Source of the DNA: Gemmatimonadaceae bacterium
GTDB taxonomy: Bacteria > Gemmatimonadota > Gemmatimonadetes > Gemmatimonadales > Gemmatimonadaceae
Direction: 5' to 3'
DNA length: 64,000 nucleotides
Assembly: GCA_051859245.1 (NCBI GenBank)
Contig: JBHYGA010000001.1
Coordinates: 256,001 to 320,000 of the forward strand
Shown here one piece after another: positions 20,401-28,096 of this stretch. A program made the position numbers and the translations under genes. Position 1 is the stretch's first letter. Every line of letters begins with the position of its first letter. Below the pieces are notes generated by a model that worked only from the letters and a program-made list of their open reading frames with translations, did not search any database and was not told the DNA's origin.

Positions 20401-22622
20401 CACCGTGGCACAATGATCCGGTGAGTGATCCGGTGAGCGACGTCGTGTATCTGCATGACGAGTTTACAGGCGATACGTGGTGCGCGACGCCAGCGCCGAT
20501 CCGCACCTCCTCACCGTATAACGTGTTGCACAGTGCCGGTCGCACCACCTTTGAGCACGAGCGACACGGCATCAGCACCGAGTATTCCGTCGGCATGGCC
20601 GAAGGAAGCGCGGTCAAGGTGGGGTACCTGCGTATCACGAACAACACCGGTGCAGCGCGACGCGTGGTATTGACCACGTATGTGGAATGGGTGCTGGGTG
20701 CCTTGCGCGAACGTGGGCAGCATCAGGTGCGAAACTGGTATGACAAAGATCAGAGCACGATGTTCGCACAGAACACGTTCGATCCGCATTTTGCGCCGTG
20801 GACGGCCTTTCATGCCATTACGGGCATCGCGACGGAGTACACCGGGAGCCGCCACACCTTTCTCGGCCGCAACGGCAGCAGCGCTGCGCCGGCCGCGCTT
20901 GAGAGCGATACGGTGCTATCCGGCGTCACGGGCGCTGGCATTGATCCCTGCGCAGCGCTGCGCTGCGTAGTTGAGCTTGCACCAGGCGCCTCGTACGAAC
21001 TGGGTACACTGCTCGGTGCGGCGGCGAGCGAATCGCTGGCGCGCGAAGCGGTGGCGTCGCTGCGCAGCGTTGCAGCGGTCCGCACGGCGCTCCAGGCCAG
21101 CACGAGCGCGTGGCAACAACGATTGACTGCAGTCACGGTGCGAACGCCAGACGCCAACTTTGATGCCATGATCAACCGCTGGTCTCTCTATCAGGCGCTC
21201 AGTTGCCGCATGTGGGGACGGTCCGCGCTCTACCAAAGCAGTGGCGCCTATGGGTTTCGCGATCAGTTGCAGGACGTGATGGCGTTTGTGTATGTAGACG
21301 CGCCGCTTGCACGCGAACATATTCTGCGCGCCGCGAGCCGGCAGTTTCTGGAAGGAGACGTGCAGCATTGGTGGCACCCGCACACGGGGCGTGCTGTGCG
21401 TACGCGCTTCTCGGATGATCTCGTCTGGTTGCCGTATGTCACGGCGCACTACGTCACCAGTACGGGAGACGCCACGGTCCTTGACGAGTTTGTGCCGTTC
21501 CTTTCCATGCGCTCGCTCGCACCCGACGAGCATGAAGTGTACGACCTGCCGATGGTGACAGACGAACACGCGAGTGTGTACGAACATTGTCTGCGTGCCT
21601 TGCGGCGCGCCTGCACGTGCGGCGAGCACGGACTGCCGCTGATTGGAGGCGGCGACTGGAACGATGGCATGAATCGCGTTGGTGTGGAGGGACGAGGGGA
21701 GAGTGTGTGGCTCGCCTGGTTCCTGATCTCTACGCTGCGCGCATTCGCGCGTATTGCCGAGCAGCGCGGCGACGACAATGCGTCAACAGAAATGCGCGAT
21801 CATGCAGACGCGTACAAGCTGGCTGTGGAGGAGCACGGCTGGGACGGCGAATGGTATCGCCGCGCGTACTTTGACGACGGCACGCCGCTGGGTTCGCACT
21901 TGAACGACGAATGCACGATTGACTCGATTGCGCAGAGCTGGAGCGTGATCTCCGGTGCGGGCGCGCCAGAGCGTCAGTCTGCGGCGATGCATTCGCTTGA
22001 AACGCATCTTGTGAGAAAGCACGATCGCCTGCTGGTGTTGCTCACGCCGCCGTTCGACAAGTCAGCGCATGATCCTGGTTACATCAAGGGCTACCTGCCC
22101 GGTGTTCGAGAGAACGGCGCGCAGTACACGCACGCCGCACTCTGGGCCGTGCTTGCCACCGCCATGCGCGGTGACGGCGAGCGCGCGTTCGAACAGTTTC
22201 AGATGATCAATCCGCTGTCGCATGCGGTCACGAAATCAGACGTCGAGACGTACAAGGTTGAGCCGTATGTGGTGGCCGCCGATGTGTACACGGCCGAGGG
22301 GCAGGTGGGACGCGGTGGCTGGACGTGGTATACCGGCTCGGCGAGCTGGATGTATCGCGTCGGATTGGAAGGCATTCTCGGCTTTGAGAAACGTGGCGAT
22401 CAGCTCTTTATTGCACCGCGGGCGCCAAAGTCATGGCCGGAGTACAACATTCGCTATCGGTTCGGCGCAACCGAGTACGACATCACCGTGCGACATACTG
22501 GTGGCCACGAGCGCGGCGGGCCGCGCGTTGAGCTTGACGGCGTAGCCATGACAGGCGAGTCAATACCACTTCGCGATGACGGAGTGGCACACAGGGTAGT
22601 TGTGTACCACTCCGCTCGGTAA
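14415..22622 (+). CDS. ndvB: Cyclic beta-1,2-glucan synthase (Cgs/NdvB/ChvB: GT84, cyclisation domain, GH94 phosphorylase)
   Basis: 2735 aa; EWFLDNYY, WMGWERKRGKL, ITLDADT, LSHDLIEG, RWIRGDWQ, TSPTNIG, SWSGSMFEYLMP, YQSSGAYGFRDQLQD, DWNDGM, ENGAQYTH, WTWYTGSA. Confidence 0.93.
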   Translation: MLTGPIRGELFGAEHLSERARELAHAQVLSLAPARQRTPLLARLADTSRILQRAHAQLTAHSESLKDVGPAGEWFLDNYYVLLEHIDDVVESLPRGYYRELPTLSSGPLAGYPRVYEIAITLISHSEGRIDFDNVSNFVGAFQDVQVLTLGELWAIPAMLRLGLIENVRRMALRTTQRLEQVQRADEAAARITNAAVAGGLSLEAALASFGADARSLSDTFVARFLHQLRVEGGALPAVVRLQHWIAEEALSAEEATARATQRLALTQVVMANSITSLRAIARVNWRNFVEAQSHAEHVLREDPVGEYARMTFQTRDRYRHVVERVARRTKHTESDVARMAIALARETLDESASGSARSDARRCHVGYYLVDEGLAGLELAAGYSPTIGESIARAVRQHPTIVYLVSGCSVLFAALGALLWLGGPMVQEYWMVALLLGALPASELAVSLVNRAVTAVMPPQPLPRLDLRDHGVPPEFRTAVVIPTLFPNVQAVVEALENLEVQYLANREPNLHFAVLSDFTDAPTETMPEDTAIVAAAADGVRALNERYSADRDDAFFLFHRPRQWNPAEGVWMGWERKRGKLGEFNRYVLTGAREGFSTTVGALGVLRGVRYVITLDADTVLPPDAAPDLIGSIAHPLNRAEYENERGRVVRGHSILQPRVGVSLASAHRSSFAAIYSGHPGVDPYTVAVSDVYQDLFSEGSFTGKGIYDVEMFEQATHGRFPENTLLSHDLIEGNYARAGLVTDVIVYDDYPTRYLTFSRRKHRWIRGDWQLLPWVSGTVPGPRGPERNRLSLLSRWKILDNLRRSLVELSQFMFLIVGWLVLPVSTLRWTLLGLGAIAAPWIVSLLISAARPPRDKSWRTYYRAIGQDALNSLRQIGLAICFLPHQAWLSVDAIMRALWRVYVSRRMLLEWQTAQQAEHAAPNDASATWRLMWPASVAVALLTMWMLWGASSMIERPVWPLVIGVLPLLLVWLIAPTVAHSLSTTKAPRRHVLTADARAQAVRYAQLHWAYFATFVTAETSWLAPDNFQSTPDDVVAMRTSPTNIGLQLLATVSAQDLGYITLEDMADRLERTVSTLKVLPKLHGHYFNWYDLQNLQVLEPAYVSTVDSGNLAGHLIALRQACLQLMDSPAIPESLRGRLGALAEWAHNDVMQMDFGVLFDRERELFAIGLQQHTLTLDSSYYDLLASEARLASFLAIAKDDVPAQHWFRLGRSLSYAAGAPALVSWSGSMFEYLMPLLVMHAMPGTLLAQTYEGVIARHIADGSLRDVPWGISESAYNVRDRHATYQYRPFGVPDLALKRGLGRELVVAPYASALATMVDPERAFVNLARLESLGMLGPYGFRDAIDFTRPDVGKRFSVVDAFMAHHIGMSLVALTNVLTDNIWQQRFHRDPLVIAAELLLHERVPREVVVQEPSGARPDDGLPADDLERPVVREFTTADTDTPHVAFLGHQPYTVMLTNAGSGYSRYDALAVSRWKADGTRDATGQFCYIKDITSGKAWSAAHQPLCVPADAYRAALGTEQVTFERTDGEVITRTEIAVVPEDSAEVRRVTLTNTGREPRELELTSYGEIVLSPADADRAHPAFGNLFVETAWHSWCNAITATRRPRSATEESQWLVHLVDWGKERIGDVTCETDRARFLGRGRSTRDPVAIEHDGALSGTTGAVLDPVFALRTRVRVMPGQSATVAFTTLVASTRERAFALADRYRDPHAAQRALDLAWTSSQVELRELDLTPADAAVFQELAGHLLYGHPALRASQNEMRRNRGSQPLLWGFGVSGDVPILLATINSADGLPTLRSLLAAHRFWRRRGLSVDLLILDEHPPSYLQNLGDRIAAAVHAVNDAASLDRPGGVFVRRRDLLIHDAELMLRATARLHVHCDGRPLGRILNTTIATTTPTVEELRKSRQRTRPAPVERRRTPRGQAAFTHAARAYANGYGELLDNSDYELRVQGDVMPPAPWSNVIANQHGGFVISERGGGFVWAENSYFMRLTPWHNDPVSDPVSDVVYLHDEFTGDTWCATPAPIRTSSPYNVLHSAGRTTFEHERHGISTEYSVGMAEGSAVKVGYLRITNNTGAARRVVLTTYVEWVLGALRERGQHQVRNWYDKDQSTMFAQNTFDPHFAPWTAFHAITGIATEYTGSRHTFLGRNGSSAAPAALESDTVLSGVTGAGIDPCAALRCVVELAPGASYELGTLLGAAASESLAREAVASLRSVAAVRTALQASTSAWQQRLTAVTVRTPDANFDAMINRWSLYQALSCRMWGRSALYQSSGAYGFRDQLQDVMAFVYVDAPLAREHILRAASRQFLEGDVQHWWHPHTGRAVRTRFSDDLVWLPYVTAHYVTSTGDATVLDEFVPFLSMRSLAPDEHEVYDLPMVTDEHASVYEHCLRALRRACTCGEHGLPLIGGGDWNDGMNRVGVEGRGESVWLAWFLISTLRAFARIAEQRGDDNASTEMRDHADAYKLAVEEHGWDGEWYRRAYFDDGTPLGSHLNDECTIDSIAQSWSVISGAGAPERQSAAMHSLETHLVRKHDRLLVLLTPPFDKSAHDPGYIKGYLPGVRENGAQYTHAALWAVLATAMRGDGERAFEQFQMINPLSHAVTKSDVETYKVEPYVVAADVYTAEGQVGRGGWTWYTGSASWMYRVGLEGILGFEKRGDQLFIAPRAPKSWPEYNIRYRFGATEYDITVRHTGGHERGGPRVELDGVAMTGESIPLRDDGVAHRVVVYHSAR

Positions 22623-22637
22623 ATCTGTGCGCCGATG

Positions 22638-23507
22638 CTACGAGCGAGCGTAGATCACGCGACGGCGCGCTACGGTGCCGAGACCGACAACGCCAACCAC
22701 CATCATGGCCCATGAGGCCGGCTCTGGCACCGATGCCGGGGGAACCACATCGTTGCGATTTCCCGCGTAGCCGTCGCTGCCAAAGTCACCGTCGGGCGTG
22801 CCTTCTGTTATGCAGTCGCCAGCGAGGATCGTGTTGTTGTCCATGGTCAGCGCCTCGTTGAGTGCAATCGCTCGGCCGCACAGGATTTTCGCTGAACTCA
22901 CCAGGGTGATACTCTTATCGGCAATCACGTTGCCTTGAAACGTACTGCCACTGGCGATGGTCGCCGAACTTCCCACAAGCCAGAAGATGCCGCCGCCTGA
23001 CGTACCGTTAATCACGTTGACCGTCGAAGCGGACGATGTGATAAGCTCACTGCCGATCTGGAAGATAAAGAGTGAGTTCGCGTTGCCTTGAAAGTCGAGG
23101 GTCAGCGCGCCGGTGAGAAAGGCGGAGGACGCAAAGAAGTACACTCCGGGAGTCAACGTCTGGCCACCGAGATCCACACCGGTAAAGTCAAAGTCTGAGG
23201 CAAATCCTCCAAACGCGTTGTACGCGGTGAGCGCGTCGGCCTGCGCCTGTATTGCGACGGCATCGGTTTGGTGAACGGTTCCACCGGTGATCGTGATCGA
23301 GGAGAGTCCGGTGATCGCCGATCCCGGATACACGCCCAGCGAACCGTAGAGCGTTGTCGCGTTCGTGTTCGTCACCGTGGACGCACCGAGCGCTGCGAAG
23401 TCTTGCGCGGTGCCAAGGGCACTCTGTGCCGAAGCTATGGACGCGGTGCCGCCGACTGCCAAAAGCAAGGTGGCTGCCGTACGTACTGCGTTTCGTGCGT
23501 GTGTCAT
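22638..23507 (-). CDS. Ice-binding family (DUF3494/IBP-1) protein with PEP-CTERM sorting signal
   Basis: Signal peptide; [68 protein letters not shown] tail. Confidence 0.9.
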   Translation of the reverse strand: MTHARNAVRTAATLLLAVGGTASIASAQSALGTAQDFAALGASTVTNTNATTLYGSLGVYPGSAITGLSSITITGGTVHQTDAVAIQAQADALTAYNAFGGFASDFDFTGVDLGGQTLTPGVYFFASSAFLTGALTLDFQGNANSLFIFQIGSELITSSASTVNVINGTSGGGIFWLVGSSATIASGSTFQGNVIADKSITLVSSAKILCGRAIALNEALTMDNNTILAGDCITEGTPDGDFGSDGYAGNRNDVVPPASVPEPASWAMMVVGVVGLGTVARRRVIYARS

Positions 23508-23599
23508 GCGCGGACCCTTGTTCGACGGGTTGACGATAGGCTACTCCGAGGCGCGACATGAGTGTACCCACCACGCTCATGGCCTCAAGCGTATACCAG

Positions 23600-23615
23600 T
23601 GCAAGAAGGTGTCCA
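23600..23615 (-). promoter_or_regulatory. Putative sigma54 promoter of the ice-binding protein gene
   Basis: Minus strand TGGACACCTTCTTGCA: GG-N10-GC with TTGCA at -12, about 90 bp upstream of the ATG. Confidence 0.4.
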
Positions 23616-23762
23616 CGTGCAAGCGCTCCCAAACACGCAGTGCAATCGTTCAGATCTTCGCGTTGTGTGAGTTTTGCACCAAGTGTTGTTGCAAGACGTC
23701 ACGGAAAACGCGGCACGTGTAGCACCAACGCCAGCACTTGCAGCACGTAGTCAAGGCTCGTT

Positions 23763-24872
23763 CTACGATGGCTGAGAGATCGGAATCCACGCGGTAAACG
23801 CCGAGCCTTCGCCGAGTGCACTCACAACCGTGATAAACGCGTCATGCTGCAGCAGCAACCCGTTTGCCGCGGCCAAGCCGAGTCCGACACCCTCACCCGT
23901 GGCCTGCGTGGTAAAGAACGGGATGAAGAGCTGTCGCTTCGTAGTCTCGCTCATGCCCACGCCGGTGTCTCGAATCGTGAAACATCCGTACCGCCCCTTG
24001 GAGATAAGTCGCCCGTCCGCCGAGGGCTGTTCGGTCGAAACGTCGCGCCAGACGATCTCCACGTACACCTCTCCACGGAGGCTCGTTGCGCGATACGCAT
24101 TGGCCATGAGGCTGTTGAACACGAGACGTAAATGACGAAGGTCAATTGTTACAACCACTGGCTCGTTCGCGTCCAGCAGCATTCGACGTTGACTGCCAAA
24201 CGCTTTGCGGTAGTCGCGGTACAGGCGCGGTACCTCCTCCGCCAGATCGACAACCTGTGGTCGAATCTCGGTGTTGCCGGCGAATTGCGAGAGCTGGTGG
24301 GTGACTGCCGCAGCGTGGGCCGCCGCCCGCTGAATCTCCTCGATGTCTGCGACCTGAGATTTGGTCAGAGAGTCGTGTTCAAGGACCGTGGCGTACCCAA
24401 TGATGATTTGCAGCATGTTGTTCACTTCATGCGCCACTCCGCCAGCGAGCGCGCGAATGATCTGCATGCGAGCCAACAGGTGCTCACGATCAGCCGTCAT
24501 CTGCGCCAGCTTCTCTTGCGCGCGCTGTGCGGTGAGGTCGCGCACGACCACGTGTACGGCGGGGCGATCAGCGTCCAGAAAGAGCTGCGTACGGAGTTCA
24601 ACATCACACAGCTGGCCATCAACACAGTGCACGTGCGCGCGGTCTTCGTCCGTAAACTCTGTGCCCGAGAACGCTGCCATCAGCTTGCGTTCTACCGCGC
24701 GTAAATAGGGCGGTGTAAAGAGCGATTCGACTGGCTGGCCTACGAGCTGCCCGGCGTCAAGCGCGCCGGTCAGCGTGAGCATGGCGTCGTTCACTTCCAC
24801 AATGCGTTCACCGTCATGCACTACGATGCCGTCTGGCGCGCGCCCCACCAGCTGCTCGTAGCGTGCGTTCAT
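23763..24872 (-). CDS. Cytoplasmic PAS-domain sensor histidine kinase
   Basis: APDGIVV PAS start; AHEVNNML H-box, MANA, DTGVGM, PFFTT, GVGLGLA, GEGSAF; no TM segment. Confidence 0.92.
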   Translation of the reverse strand: MNARYEQLVGRAPDGIVVHDGERIVEVNDAMLTLTGALDAGQLVGQPVESLFTPPYLRAVERKLMAAFSGTEFTDEDRAHVHCVDGQLCDVELRTQLFLDADRPAVHVVVRDLTAQRAQEKLAQMTADREHLLARMQIIRALAGGVAHEVNNMLQIIIGYATVLEHDSLTKSQVADIEEIQRAAAHAAAVTHQLSQFAGNTEIRPQVVDLAEEVPRLYRDYRKAFGSQRRMLLDANEPVVVTIDLRHLRLVFNSLMANAYRATSLRGEVYVEIVWRDVSTEQPSADGRLISKGRYGCFTIRDTGVGMSETTKRQLFIPFFTTQATGEGVGLGLAAANGLLLQHDAFITVVSALGEGSAFTAWIPISQPS

Positions 24873-26356
24873 GACGGACCGCGTCGCGATCGCACCGGCA
24901 CCCCCGTCATGACGCCGTCGAACTCGCTGAGTGTATCGCCAAGCACAATGCCCGAGGGCGTGGTTTCGTAGGTGCGGAAATCACGGCTATGGTTGCTGCC
25001 ACGCATCTTGATCACCAGCATCGCCTTGCGAACCTCGCCCGCAATTTCTACATAGCGTTGACTGATGATGACGTCCGTCAGGAACGATACATGGTAGCCG
25101 GAGAGATGCAGTCCGTGCCCCTCAATTACTTCCACGGTCGAATACATGGTCACGCCGAGGCTGGTCAGCGTGCCGATAAGTCGATATAACGATTCGCGAA
25201 AGTCCACGCGAAACGTTGGCGCCAGCGCCATTTCAAATCCGTTGATCGAATCGATTACTACGCGCGTCGCTCCAATCGCCTGAACGGCTTCCCGAATCTC
25301 CTGCATCGTCTCGTCGACTGAAAGATCCAGCGGTCGCAGGTAAATCACGCGCAGTTTGTCTGCGGCCACGGCCGCCTCGAGATCAATGCCGAGGCTCTGC
25401 GCGCGCGCAAGGTAGATGTGCGGACGCTCTTCAAAGACCGCGATAACAGCCGCCTCTCCAACCTTGAGTCCGGCCGCAACGAACTGAGTGGCGAACGTGG
25501 TCTTTCCCGAGCCCGTCGGCCCCGCCAGCACCACCGAGTCGCCGGATGGAATTCCGCCGCCCATCAACGCGTCCATGCCGTCGATTCCTGTCGAGAGCCG
25601 ACGTCCATCTCTGAGGCGCGCATCACCTTTCAGCATCGACAGCCGAGGGAAGACCCGCACACCGTCGCTCGTAATCTTCATGGTGTGCAGCCCTGGCATG
25701 TGCTCCACGCCGCGCGACTTCACTACCTGTACTTTGCGAACCACCGAGTTGCGATCAATGTCCTGCGTCAGCCAGAAAATGCCGTCCGCGACCGTGAATA
25801 CGGGATTCCGCAGCTCCTGCTCCTGATACTCACCAATGAGCAGTGACGTGATGTCCCATGTGGTCAGATACAGGGCGAGCCGTTGCACAAAGCGCTCTAC
25901 ACTGGTGGCAGGCGCGTCACGCTGCACCTCGTGCACAAGCGATCGGAATGAATCTACGACCACCATACTCGGTCGGAGCCGTTTCACCTCATCCACAATG
26001 CGCGCCAGCACTGCGTCGAGGTCACCATCGAGCGCTTCCTCGCTGAGATTGAGGAAGTGCACGTGCTCGCCAACTTTTGCACTGTCGAAGAAGGAAAACC
26101 GCTGCTGATAGCGCAACATTTTTAATGACGTTTCGCCAAGCAGGGTAATGAACAGCCCTGGCCGTTCGGCGGTTGACGTTTCAAACAGCAGTTGCATTGC
26201 CATGGTGGTTTTGCCCGATCCGGGCCCACCAGCAATCAGGTTGAATGAGAGCGCTGGCAACCCACCGCCGAGCACCTCATCAAGGCCGGGCACACCAGTA
26301 CGGAGCAATCGCAAGGACATCGGCTCGGACGCGTCGGAGGTTACAGAGGTCGTCAT
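24869..26356 (-). CDS. KaiC-like double RecA-domain ATPase
   Basis: TGVPGLD..GGPGSGKT..VVVDS..KSRG and STGIDGMD..GPTGSGKT..FEE..VVIDS..KMRGS; ATGA overlaps with both neighbours. Confidence 0.92.
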   Translation of the reverse strand: MTTSVTSDASEPMSLRLLRTGVPGLDEVLGGGLPALSFNLIAGGPGSGKTTMAMQLLFETSTAERPGLFITLLGETSLKMLRYQQRFSFFDSAKVGEHVHFLNLSEEALDGDLDAVLARIVDEVKRLRPSMVVVDSFRSLVHEVQRDAPATSVERFVQRLALYLTTWDITSLLIGEYQEQELRNPVFTVADGIFWLTQDIDRNSVVRKVQVVKSRGVEHMPGLHTMKITSDGVRVFPRLSMLKGDARLRDGRRLSTGIDGMDALMGGGIPSGDSVVLAGPTGSGKTTFATQFVAAGLKVGEAAVIAVFEERPHIYLARAQSLGIDLEAAVAADKLRVIYLRPLDLSVDETMQEIREAVQAIGATRVVIDSINGFEMALAPTFRVDFRESLYRLIGTLTSLGVTMYSTVEVIEGHGLHLSGYHVSFLTDVIISQRYVEIAGEVRKAMLVIKMRGSNHSRDFRTYETTPSGIVLGDTLSEFDGVMTGVPVRSRRGPS

Positions 26357-26799
26357 GATGGAGTGTCGTTCGAATCGTGGCTCGTGAAACCGCGCGTGCT
26401 CGGAACACCGCTCAACGCGACGAGGCGCACTGCCATGTCGGCGCCAACAATGCTGCCAAGCTGTTCCATCATGACCACAAGCAGTGCGATGATTGCGTCA
26501 GCTGTTTCTGATGCGGAGAACTCGGCTGGTCTTGGAGCGGCGGGTAACAGCTCCGTCGCACCGACGTCCAGATCCGGGAATCGCGACAGGGCTGGACTGT
26601 GAGGCAGCGTGAGCGCGACCGAGCGATTCAGGAGTGCGGCGTAGCCCTCGGCACCAATCCATCGTCGTAACCCACCGTCCAGGCGGGTGAGCAGTTCGTC
26701 CGCAACCAGAAGCACATTGTCTGCGTTGTCGCTGTGTTGCAGCGCCGCCGTCCAGAGTTCACGCGCAACCTGGTCCGCACGCTGTGGATGGTTGGTCAC
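26353..26799 (-). CDS. Small all-helical hypothetical protein coupled to the KaiC-like gene
   Basis: 148 aa; 4-bp overlap with the KaiC-like start; WIGAEGYAALLNRS and LGSIVGADMAVRL segments. Confidence 0.75.
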   Translation of the reverse strand: MTNHPQRADQVARELWTAALQHSDNADNVLLVADELLTRLDGGLRRWIGAEGYAALLNRSVALTLPHSPALSRFPDLDVGATELLPAAPRPAEFSASETADAIIALLVVMMEQLGSIVGADMAVRLVALSGVPSTRGFTSHDSNDTPS

Positions 26800-26829
26800 G
26801 GCGCACGCCCTGTGAAGCGCACGGCGCGA

Positions 26830-27552
26830 CTACGCCCGGTCACGCGTCCTCGTTGTGCCATGAGAAAACGCGGCGACTTCAAGTCGGCTTCGCAATGAGA
26901 GCTTCTCGAGAATGTTGTGCACATGGCTTTTGACGGTGTGAATCGCAATGTGCAGCTGATTCGCGATGTCTTTATTGCTCAGCCCCTTCCCAAGCAGGTC
27001 AATGATCTGGCGCTCGCGTGTGGTCAGGTGTACGCCCTCTTCAAGCACGGACCGATCCTGCACGTGCTCATCGCGAATGATCTGCGAGAAGAGTGAGTGC
27101 GTGAGGGCGCGTGGCAATACCTGCTCGCCTCGGGCGACAGCATCAATGGTGGACACAAATTCGTCGAAGGTTGCGTCTTTCATGATGAAGCCCGCGACGC
27201 CAACACGCACGTAAGCCGCCACATCTTCGTGTGCGGCGCTGAGCCCCATCAGGATGACGCGGAGCAGCGGCGCTTCATTGCGCAGTCTGGACGCCGTCTC
27301 GAGACTATCCTCGTCAACCAAACCGAGGTCGAGCAGGAGCACATCAGGCGCATCGTGCGCCATGATGTGCAGCACGTCGTCTACGCTCGCTGACGCGCGC
27401 ACCACGCGGTACTCGGGCCGAAGCCGAAGCATGGCCGCGATGCCTTCGCGCAACAAGCGATTGTCGTCTACCAGGGCGACGGCGATGGTGGCGCGTTCGA
27501 CCTGTGGCTCTGGTGGATGTGGTGCGGGTCGCGTTGTGGCAGTTACTCCCAT
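26830..27552 (-). CDS. NarL/LuxR family response regulator
   Basis: LVDDN, LLDLGL, FIMKD; LTTRERQII..GLSNKDIA..TVKSHV; GAGGA RBS. Confidence 0.93.
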   Translation of the reverse strand: MGVTATTRPAPHPPEPQVERATIAVALVDDNRLLREGIAAMLRLRPEYRVVRASASVDDVLHIMAHDAPDVLLLDLGLVDEDSLETASRLRNEAPLLRVILMGLSAAHEDVAAYVRVGVAGFIMKDATFDEFVSTIDAVARGEQVLPRALTHSLFSQIIRDEHVQDRSVLEEGVHLTTRERQIIDLLGKGLSNKDIANQLHIAIHTVKSHVHNILEKLSLRSRLEVAAFSHGTTRTRDRA

Positions 27553-27743
27553 TGGTCCTCTCGGATTGCAACTACTGACCGCGGGATTTGCCGCCTGGGG
27601 CCAGGCGAGCTGGCGCTAGCGCTTCAGATATCCTGAAGTACGAGAGCACTCGGCCGCTGCCTGTTCATGACAGGGCTTGAAGTGGAAGCTAGCCGGAAAC
27701 CGAACATTGACCAATCGCTCCAAGGAGCGACCGGGCTCGACCG

Positions 27744-27959
27744 CTAGCTCTTCTTGCCAGTCAAGACCAACACGCCACCAACGACAAGCGCCCCAATCCC
27801 GGCCCACATCGGCACGTTCACGTTTTTCTTTTCCTCCACGTTCAGCTCGAGCGAGCCCACCTTGAAGGCCGTCTCTTCCTTGGTGTAGCTGAAGCCACCG
27901 TACGCGAGGGCGAGTGCACCCAGCACGATCAAGACGATGCCCAACATTTTGGTGTTCAT
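27744..27959 (-). CDS. Small two-TM membrane protein (DUF3185-like)
   Basis: MNTKMLGIVLIVLG..YGGFSYT..VPMWAGIGALVVGG. Confidence 0.75.
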   Translation of the reverse strand: MNTKMLGIVLIVLGALALAYGGFSYTKEETAFKVGSLELNVEEKKNVNVPMWAGIGALVVGGVLVLTGKKS

Positions 27960-28096
27960 ACGGAGACTCGGGGAAAAATGCGCACTGGTACGGCACCAGG
28001 CGAGCGTAAACATGGTGCACGGGAGAGCGCATTGTAATACGCACCTCTCAACCCCAACATCTCTCTGAGTGTGAAGGCCGTTCTATTCCCTGAGAG

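Noticed and set aside
20415..20440. 12-bp tandem GATCCGGTGAG(T/C) repeat
   Set aside because: Encodes the NDPVSDP motif region of the GH94 domain; coding constraint
24869..26356. A bona fide circadian clock
   Set aside because: No kaiA or kaiB in the window, the second phosphosite is absent and there is no long KaiA-binding tail
7639..27639. Identical 10-mer ATCCTGAAGT near both ends of the stress block (7639-7648 and 27630-27639) as att sites
   Set aside because: Too short to be significant in 64 kb, no integrase, and csbD and the DUF3185-like gene fall outside; at most a shared regulator site
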